DNA from: Macrostomum lignano
Taxonomy: Eukaryota
Assembly (NCBI GenBank): GCA_002269645.1
Contig: NIVC01001803.1
Coordinates: forward strand, 187,050 to 226,200
Length of the DNA: 39,151 nucleotides
Direction: 5' to 3'
The translations under genes were made by a program, and so were the position numbers. Shown piece after piece: positions 1 to 9,900 of this stretch (the first letter of the stretch is position 1; the number at the start of each line of letters is the position of its first letter). Under the pieces are notes generated by a model. That model saw nothing but the letters and a program-made list of their open reading frames with translations, did no database searches and had not been told where the DNA came from.

Positions 1-216
1 ACAAACTCCTACACAATTCAATGGCTTGGCATTGCAGTAGACAACGCACACAATTTGACTTGTATGGTATCTCTTATTGCGTCAAAAATTCACCTATAAA
101 CTGAAATTATTTCAGACAATTAAGTGTGATCATACATGTTAATTAATGCCCACAGGACTACTGCAATGTCATGCCAATCTTACCGAACCACTTGCATATT
201 TGTCTGACCATCTAGC

Positions 217-240
217 TTTATTCAACAAACATAATTTATT
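217..240 (-). promoter_or_regulatory. Candidate polyadenylation signals (2x AATAAA) for the HHD-PDZ gene
   Basis: TTTATT on the plus strand at 217..222 and 235..240, about 550 nt past the stop codon. Confidence 0.35.
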
Positions 241-785
241 GTACATCCTGTACTTTTTATCAGAAACAAAAACAATTTCTAGCAGATAGCGAGCGGCATT
301 TTAGTATGTAGGATTATTTTCAACAGTATGAAAACCAGCGGATGCCAGCACAGATTTCTCTAATGCTTATTGGCTATGCTATAGGCAGCCCTTATTAGAG
401 CTATAAGATTAACCTGTCCTCAGTTCAGGCTGCCAAGCTATAATTTAATCAAGCTTTCAATTTAAACTACCGTAAATAGTTCGCAAAATGGGTTTAGTGC
501 GGCAGAGAAATGATAGCGAATAAGCGCTGCGCGGAGGGCTACACTTACATATACGAGTAGTATATAGCGCAAAAATACACGACGGAGCATGTTAAGCGCA
601 GAGCAGCGTGTCAAAGAGAATAACTGATTAACCAGTGCTGTGCGGTGTGGCTGGCGGTTTTATACAGGCTAAATGTGACTGCACTATAAATGAAGACAAG
701 AGAGACAGCGACGCGGGTCAGAGAACAAAGGGGCAGATCAAAGTAGGGACTTATGCATGCATAATCCCGTGAACACCAGCTAGAC

Positions 786-932
786 TCAGGCGGTTGAGTC
801 TGTCTTGTGCTTAGCTCGGATGGAGAGCCGTATTTTGCTCTGGTTGCGGATGGCCATGCCCAGCTGGTGCAGAGTCATGTTGGACACCTTCTCGCCTTCG
901 AGCTCCAGCAGCTCGTCTCCAGGCTGAATGCC
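786..932 (-). CDS. HHD-PDZ gene last exon, second half of PDZ
   Basis: Acceptor TTGACAG|GGC. Translates GIQPGDELLELEGEKVSNMTLHQLGMAIRNQSKIRLSIRAKHKTDSTA*, with the classic G(I/L)xxGDxLLExxG PDZ motif. Confidence 0.9.
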   Translation of the reverse strand, partial: GIQPGDELLELEGEKVSNMTLHQLGMAIRNQSKIRLSIRAKHKTDSTA

Positions 933-3900
933 CTGTCAATTGGGAAAGGACACACGATGTTTTACACAAAGAACCCTGCATCAGTTTTCATAAGACTTTA
1001 GCTGCTCACTTGCTGGTAGGCCGGAGATCCCGTGGCCACAGCGGAGACCAACACAGCGGGCAAGTCGCCCTCCCGTTTCGCCATCGTGACGGACAATCCA
1101 AAAGTTCCTCCAGCTTTGACAAGAGTAATCTGTCTGACATCCGGCTCGCTCGGCATCGGCTGCTGCTGCTGGGGATGGTGCTGGCCGTACAACTGGTTGA
1201 AAAAGTCGGCTGGCGAAAAGCCCGCGTACGGCATCTGCGCGGCGGCCGCCTGCATCATCATCTGGCCTGTCATCCACTGGAAGAACAGGTTTCCGGGATA
1301 GGAAGAGCTGTAAGGCACCTGCGGCTGCTGCTGTTGGCTGCTGCGCGACATTGGAGAGATTGGTCTCGACTGAGTCTGTGAGCTCATCATCATTTGCGGT
1401 GGCGGTGGCGGCGGTGGTGGAAAGAAATAGCCGAACGGAAACTCTGAGTTCGGAGCGCTCCCTATAGCGGCAGCTGCGCCAAGAGCGGCCGGATGAGGAA
1501 ACTGCGGAGTTGCGGCTGTGGAAGACATTGCGGCTGCGCCTTGCATTGATGGCATTGGTCCCGAAGCCGCGGAAGCAGCGGCAGCGGCGGTGGCGGCACT
1601 TGTAGTCGGTGCGGAAGCAGACGGCATCGAGGAATCGTCGGTGTTGCTGAAGCTGCTGCTGCTGCGTCTGATACGCTGCTGACGCAGACCTGTGTCGATA
1701 GAGATCGGCTGCGAGGCCTCCGTGTGTCCTGGGAGTTTGGCAGGTGTCATTTCCTGAGAATCCGCAGTCTGCCGGGTCGGGTCGGGTCTTCCCCTCTTTC
1801 TGTTTTAGATGCTTCCTCCTCCGCAGCGTCCATTGCGTACAATAGCTCAGCTTCTTGCAGAACTTCATCAAGATCTTCAGCATCGTTTGGTTTCGGTTCG
1901 TCAGCCGTCTTGGCCTCCTTGGGCTCGGTCGCAGGCGACGGAGACTGATTTTGTTGCTGCAGCTGAGGTGGCTTTCCAAGCGAAAGCGCCAAAGGCGACG
2001 GAGGCGTTCGTCGGCGGCTTCCGGGGAGGTTCAAACCTGCGGGTCCAAGGCCAGTTGTATGAAACATTTTCAACCGAGAAACTGCACGAAAATCTCAGAT
2101 AAACCCGTTGAAAACGATACCGGAAAAAGAATAGCAAACAACTCAATTGACTCTAGCGACTTTGGGGCGACTCTTGTGACTTTGTAACAACTACAATGCG
2201 TCTAATGCAACGGAGAGGCAATTGTTGCGTCACAAGCGCGTCACCTGAGATGTGAGTTTTTCAATAATCGTTGTTTTGGCGCTTAACTTTTGCAAGAGAT
2301 GTGGCTTTAATTCATTAAGCGGCGCAAATGCGGTTTAAATGACGCTACAGCCTCCAGTGTCACTTGTGTCGTCCCAGAGTCGTTTCAAAGTCGCACACGA
2401 TAAAACGGTCCAAGTAACTCTTAGGCGACATTGATAACTTTTTGGTGACTTGTACCGTGATATCTCATCGTTTTAGAGTCGTCTACAGTCACTTCTTTCT
2501 ATTTTACGTTGACTCCAATCTTTACACAATTCACTCTGGGACGCTTCTTGGCCTAGGTAACGGTTTAATCGGGAAAAGGCACATATTAGTAATTTTTTAA
2601 ACGAAAGCAAAATAGCCCATCTCATTTGTTTAACAATCTGTCTTTGACATCCAACACGCATTGGTGCAATTCTGCAGCTTTCGTGCCTGAACGCAGAGGA
2701 TCCCACTATGTTTAGAACATCCATCCGATTCAAAGCTTCTACAGAGTTTATTTTTATAAAACTCATGCACGCTTGATTCGCACAGCATCACTTTGGCACT
2801 GCGAGCCCATTGCCTGCTGCCATCGAGGTTTTATCAGAGCAAACGCTCAGTTTTGGAAGCAAGTTGAAACCGTTTTCCAGTGCCCAATTTGATTTGGTTT
2901 CCTCCTGACTGCAGACGACCCGGTTAGATGAGGTAGGGTCCTGTGAAATGAAATTGATCTCAATTTCCGTCTCTGTTCCCCTGGCCTCACTGATCGCCTA
3001 ATGCTGATGGGCTGTCTCCAACAGGTCAGACTGGGCAGATAGGAAGGCAGAGAGGGATAGAGGAGCGAGGCCAAGATGGGATTGATGAGTGGTGGATTAA
3101 TTTTGTCGCCTTCAAATCCAGATCCTCCCTCTGCATCCTGTTGCTCGGCTTATTTTCTTCTGCTTTTGCTTTCTCTTCTGTTTTTGGATCTGTTCCAGCA
3201 AATAATCAATTATGAGCAAGTATCTATGAGTCATAGCATGACTTACACGCTTTAGTTTTTTAATCACATCAAAATTCCCTCTGACAACAGAGTGAAAATA
3301 ATCAGCTGTAACCAGGGAACTGGAATATTATTTTCAAGAGGACACTGTCAAGGAGTATTGCGATAAGAAAACCGCTCTTAGTCTTCATTTCTGTGATCGG
3401 CTGGATCTAATGTTTTTTTCAGCTTTCTGTGGAATTTAAATTATTAATAAATTTCAATTCTCCAGCGGCACACAAAAATATTCACAGACGCACGTGACGA
3501 ATAAAATACATTACGCTTGCAATAAACACACTTATGAGTAAGGCACGAGAGATAAGTCTCAAAATGGGAATTGTCCAGAGGCTGCCTTGAAGACGGTAAT
3601 GTATGCATAAAATACGACGAGACTACGAGAAAGCGTGAAAGAAGCTGAACCACTCATCAACGTTTGACAATGAGTCCGGAACAGAAGCATGGGTGAGTAG
3701 TGAGAGACCACGCCTCCAACTCTCGTACAAAAAGTCCGTGGGTATAAACTCAGTGGGCTGGACAATTTTTGTGCCCTTCCACGACTATGAAGTCCGACAA
3801 AGAAGAAAGGGTGACCTGCCTAGTACAAGAAAATCGGAGAGATCTTTATAGTACGAGATGCACCTAGCTTGTGCGTCCATATGCGAATATGCATGCCTTC

Positions 3901-6900
3901 ATGGTCAGCCAACTGAGCGGGGCTACAATTGTTTCCCCGTTAGTTGCGGTTCGTCTATATCTAGATATGAACCCAGCTGGTCTCTGGGGATACTTTTTTG
4001 CCAATTGATTTAAAGTCCACCGGTAGCTTATTAAACGCCAGCAAAGCCCAGCAACTCACTCTCTGCCGGCGATGTCGTTGAGTCTTGCAGCAGAGGCCTG
4101 CCCAGGTCGCACTGAATCTCCCGATTGTCTACGGGTCTCAGCCGGCGAAAGACGTCACCAGCTGATTCACCCCCGCCGCCACCGCCGCTGCCTACGCTGT
4201 AGTCGGAGTGCATGGACACCTGCAGGCCGAAGTCCGCGTGACCTTCAGGCGTCAGCTGCGATTCCGTTTGGCAGCCAGCCGTCACTCGCGATGTTGCCGA
4301 CGCAGTTGATGCTGTCGCCGCGACGGGCCCACTAACGACGGGCCAGCCCTGGATGAGACGCGACTTCAGGTACTCGCTTTCTAGTACCGATGACGTCACA
4401 GAAACCTGGAGATGACGATAAGGTAGAAAAATTTTAGTATGTTTTCTACATGCATGCGTTGAGACCGTATTGTCCCTGAACCCTATCACGCTTAACGAGA
4501 TTTGGATGTGCCATACAATCCATCTCTGCGTCTTCCGTCACGGCTTGTTTCTTTTGATGATTACAATTCATCGCACTAATTCACTTCACTTCAACTGATT
4601 TTGACATTGTTTATTTTTAATTTTCCTTCATTTTTATCAAGATTCAAATACGTGATCAAACCTGATCATCCTCCTCCTTTCCGCTGCCGGTGCTCGGTCC
4701 GTAGAGCATGCGGTACAGCTGGTTGTCAGCCACAGGCGGGCTGCTGGAGAACTTGGCCCTGGCGGCTGCTGACATGGCCGCTGACGCGGCACTTGTTGTC
4801 GGCGGCATCGTCGGAGGAGGCGGCGGCGACGAGCAGCCGTCGTTTCCAAGTCTGGCTGACTTCGTGTCGCGCTGCAGCGAGCTGCTCTTCTCGCGAACCT
4901 GGCGGAGACGCGCCTGGCTGTCGTGCGCATCTGACAATAGATTTTAGTTTTTAAACTATTTTCACGAACAATACCATAAAGATGTCGCTAAAGACTTGTG
5001 TACACGGCCCAGAAGTTCTTACGAGCGTATTTTCAGGTGTTTGTACGAAACTAAACAACCCTGTGCATTGGCAGAATTGCATAGGTCTAAAACAAATGCA
5101 TTGGCACATGGAGTCAGTCAGTTTGGCGCGAGATTCTGCGAACCCTCAGCTTCTTTCCCAGCAGTGATACATGTGTATGCTCCAGACCGTTCCAACTTAT
5201 TTGGTCACGACTGGCTAAATCAGTATCGAATTCCAAAGCTCTCCTGTGAAGTTAGGCTATGGGTCGACAAACTCCGACCCGTGGCCACATGCGGCCCGCA
5301 GAGTATCTCCATCCGACCCTTCTCGGGTCGTTTGAAACTTCACAATAGCAATCCAGCCCGCTCAATGTTTATGTCTCTTCTCCGTGCTCTTGCCTAATCT
5401 CCTCTCTACTCTCTTCCTCTCTTCTCTCTTCTCTTCTCTCTCCTCTCCTCTCTCCTCTTCTCTCTCCTCTCTCCTCTTCTCTCTCCTCTCTCCTCTTCTC
5501 CCTCTCCTATTCTCTATCGTCTCCTCTCTCCTCTCTCCTCTCCTCTCGTTTTCTCTCCTCTCTCCTCTCTCCTCATCTCCTCTCTCCTCTCTTCTCTCTC
5601 CTCTTCTCTCCACTCTTCTTCTTCCTTATACTCTCGCCTCTCTTTCTCTTATCTCCCTTCTCTCTTCGCTATTCCCTCTCCTCTCTCCCCTCCTCCGGCC
5701 CGTAGTCATTCTCTAGGTTCTCCATTTGGCCTTGGAGGTAAAAAAATCTTGCCGAACCCCGTTAGTCGCTCCTACAAGCTTCGGCGAGAGAGAACAATCG
5801 AGAAAGTTCCTACTTGGAAGGTGCTCTCTCCAAAACAAAGGAAACAAATTGCATCACGCATTCATTCAGTTTGCTCACAGGATTTTTAAGATAATTCGTA
5901 TTGTACTGTCCCATGATTTTTGTTTTGCTGCTTCCGGCAGCTACAATATGATTGTGAGCACATATCAGCTATTGAAACTGCAAAGCTAATGGATTGATGA
6001 TGCAATTTTATCATATTCTTCACTTTAAAACGTTCGCAGTGAAGCTTAAACTGAAAAGCTAGACTTCGCATCGATCTCTGTAGTTTTCTCCGGGTAAATA
6101 AAATTACTGCGGCTCAGTGGGCAATGGACTATTAACCACGGGCCTTGCCGAGAGAGGCACTGGGACAGGACGTATTCAAGGCAAAGCCATGAAAAGGTTG
6201 CATAGATGGCCAAATGAAGCGCACAGCTGTTCAATCCAGTGGACCCTGGCAGACGGATGGGAACTGGCACACGCGGACTTTGAACTGAGAGGGGGGACAG
6301 CACACGCAAAAGCAATCATCATTTCTGGACAGCGGAGATCTGAGGATGGGCTTCCAGTCACTATTGGGCCTGTTGGCCTGTTGGATGAAATGCGTACTTG
6401 CATTGCATTTATGAGCGTATCTCTTCCTCTGTACCTTCTCCAATTAACTTTGACTCATTCGGATTTAGTAACACTAAATATTTGCTTTGTTTTGATTATA
6501 TAGCATATTACAACAGTTAGATGACGTTGGGAAATTTTCCTTGCTTACGTTCCCAGCATTGAAAACATTGAAAACATTGGTCAGTAAGCTTTGCTATGTA
6601 AGTTTGCTTCACACCGGCGAATGCAACGTTCGGCAGTTATCTTTTGACCTGTAGAACACATGAATACCAACAACAAGCAACCGAAGTTCAACTTACACGG
6701 CCTCCTATCGAAACTTTACCTTCCACATTTCGCTTCAGCTGGTATGAAGTGCCGGCCCTTGGACCATCTATGCCTTGCAGATTCGCGCAAGATTCTGATG
6801 GGTATGAAGGCGTTCAAACCCCGCCCCTAAAGTGCGTAGAATATCAACTTTGCAAATCCTTTCCAGGTAGCTCCAGGTATTTCCTGGCTGGGACCGTAGG

Positions 6901-9900
6901 AGGGAACAGTAAAGGAGAGGGAAACCACAGCAGCGAACCATTCGTCCCTGTCAAAAAATCTTCCATTCTTAGTTTTTCATATTTCCTACTCCGGCCCTCC
7001 ATACGGTGGTCTGTCTGAACTTTCTTCCCATTTTCACTCTCAATCAAGCGGCAGCGCTGGCATGATGATGGGGTCTTATCTTACCGACAGTCCGGTTTCC
7101 AGCGCTCGTTTCTACATTTAATACACCAACTAAATATGATTTTCAGTTGAATACTGGTACATACATCTAATTACATCTACAGAAGAGCCACATGGAGTAA
7201 TAAAAATTAATATTTCCTAAATCCGCACCATAGCACACGAATTCTTCCAATAATCCTTTCTGACGCAAACGTCAGGCTATCAGGCTTTCCCTCATCTAGG
7301 CGCCGAGTTCTGTCTGGACCAATCTGCTCTCCCATCCCAAATCCAGCCACTTTGTCTCCAAGCTTCTTCTACGAGTATAAGCTTTTAAGCGCGCTCATGC
7401 AGATTGGCTTAGTACAGGGCGCGATACAATCAGCACTGCGGGGCCCCTTTGGGAGCCCGTGGACCTTCTCGACGCGGACAAGTCCACGCAATTGGAATAA
7501 TCAGATTGTTGTCTGGGGTGCTTCTTTCTGTCTTGATGCGGGTTTGCACTCGAGTGGGCTCTTCAACTCAAACAGTGGAATTGCACTAGTCATGCAGTAA
7601 CAGGGCTGAGAAAGCTTTTATCGCGAAACTCACCAGCGTCTTCGCCGCCTGATCGAGGCTCCGTCCTCGCGGTGGCAGCGGACGCCACCTCCACCATGGA
7701 CACCGACCGTCTGCTGATGAGATCTGCACTACCGTGTCTGGCCTCGTGCTCTGCATCGCTCGCCTCCCTGCTGTCAGAATCGACCGTTGGAGCATTTTTG
7801 GCTGCGTCTGCATGGAAATCCGCATCTGGTTCCGCGTCAGCGTCAACATTTCTGTCATTATTGTCATCCTGAACCGCGTGGGCATTTTGGGCGCTTGAAT
7901 CTTCGCTTAAGCTGCCAACTACATCTGGTTCCGAGTCTTCTTTTGCTACTTTTTCCATTTTTTCTGATTGTTGAGTCACGGCTTCAGATGGCTTAACCAC
8001 ATCCTCATCAACATTATTCTCATCTTCATGTTTCTCCTCAGCCTCAACCGCTGTCTCCACATCTTCGCTAGTTTCGGCAACATCTCTGTGATTCTCCGCC
8101 GGTGGCGTTGCTTCGCCATCTATCGCCGAGGATTCTGGGAAAGCGCAAGTCGGCGGTGCCGAAGACGAGAGAGCGAGAGCTGCTGCAGCCGCCAGAGCCG
8201 CTGCCGATACCGGCTGCGTAGCCTCAGTGTCCGTGTCTGTGGAGAAGCCGGTGGTGATCTCTGAGTCGGGCCGGTCCAGGATCACGTCGCAGATACCATG
8301 GTTGGTCTCATCATGACACGGCATGATGTGGATCTCCTCCTGCGCAGGAGGCTGGGGCTGCGGAGGCGGCTGCTCTGCTACAATAGCTTCTGTAACGATT
8401 TTCTGAGGTGTCTCTGAAGGCGATGCGTGCGCCTGCATCAGCTCACTGGCCGATTCTTGCAGCAACCGACGCTCTTGCTTGCGCTGCTCCTGCAGGTTTC
8501 TTCGCGGACTGTTGAGTGCCCAGAAGCCTTTGTCCTGCAGTGCAGCCAGCGGTGGTCTCGGTCTTGACATCTGGTTTTTGATGCGCTCCATCAGCTCATC
8601 GTCCGGATCCTGCGCTGTCGATGCCGCTGCCGAAGCCGAGGCGGACGCTGAAGACGCCGTCTTGGCCGGAGACTTTCCACCGGCTGGACTGCCGCGGGCT
8701 CCGCTGCCAGTGTTCGCCTCGTCTGTTGGCGACTCCTCCTTGATGACGGAGATCTGCGGATGCTGCTGACGAACGAAGCCGAGCGACTGGTACTTGACTG
8801 GAGCCGCTGCTGAATTGGACGAGCTGTCCAAAGCTCCTGTCGAAGAGGTCGATGGTCCAGCGATTTGAACGACGCTCACGCTGCCGTCTCCTTGCGACAG
8901 TCCGGTGATGGGCGAAATCTGAGACTTGTAGCGCACCTACGGAAATCAATAGCAGCGGTAAGTAGCTACCGTGATTGAGAGGCCTGCTTTTGGCAGAGAG
9001 CCAAATTTTCAAAGCAGAAGCAAACTGTGTAAGAAACAAATATTCTAAGTTAAGAAGTGCATTGAATCAAAGAAGGTCCGAATACATCAGCTGGTATCTG
9101 CCATCCCATCATCCTATCAGGTGCTGTTCTGTGGCATGATTTATAGCTTACCTGAAACGTGGCCGAGTTCAACTTGATCACCCGGGGTGCCGAATCGTCT
9201 TTTAGCCTTCGAATCGGTGCGCTGTCAGCCAGGGTGATCTTCTCGGCCAGTCCCACAGCTCGCTCCAGCTTCCCGATGGCGCTGTCCGACAAGCCCAACT
9301 GGTTGATGCTGAGCCGCTTGCCGCTGAAGGTGGCGGCGCCTCCGCCAGGTCGCTGCAGCCTTTGCTGTGGCTGCTGATGATGCTTCTGCTGCAGTTGAAG
9401 CTGCAGCTGCTGCCTAATCAGCGGCCCTTGCGACGGCTCCGCAATGCCCGGCAGGCAGGCTGAGCTGCTGCTCTTCAACCGGTTCCTGCTGGCCGCCTCC
9501 TGGGCGATGTTCTCCTCCTGAAGCAGCAGCTCGGAGCCTTTGAATCGCTGGCGCGACATGCGTATAAAATCCCGGCGCTGCTCCATCGGCAGCAGCAGGG
9601 TGATCTCGCGCAGAAGGCTGAGCTTCTTCGGCGAGTCGATGATCTTCTCCAGGCTGCTGATCAGCTGCCCCGCTGTTGTGGTCTCGCGGAAAGCTCGCAG
9701 CGCCGCCTTGAAGGTCTCGCATTCCTCCCTGCTGAGCAGCTGGTGCGCCGCTTTGCGAAGGCTGGCACTCCTTGGGGGGGGGGGGGGAGTTTTTAAACGA
9801 CAAATAAGTTTGCAGTTTGGCTTGCACGTGCTGTTCATTAATCTGGGGACTGCGCAAAATTGAAATTTAAATTCTTGGCTCAGCAGTTTTTTTTATACTT

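Noticed and set aside
1785-1800. Programmed -1 ribosomal frameshift as the explanation for the exon 6 break
   Set aside because: No X_XXY_YYZ slippery heptamer in the correct frame; an indel or alternative splicing is simpler.
981-1979. 332-aa minus-strand ORF
   Set aside because: Shadow frame of GC-rich exon 6; the PDZ is in another frame.
4982-5397. Possible gypsy protease-like relic (RSNLFGHDWL)
   Set aside because: One short motif only, with no DTG/DSG catalytic motif, RT or LTR seen; too weak to call.
9771-9838. Apparent start MNSTCKPNCK...PPPPP of ORF 9050..9838
   Set aside because: The Pro run is the C14 polypyrimidine tract of an acceptor; a phase-matched upstream exon exists at 12336..12367.
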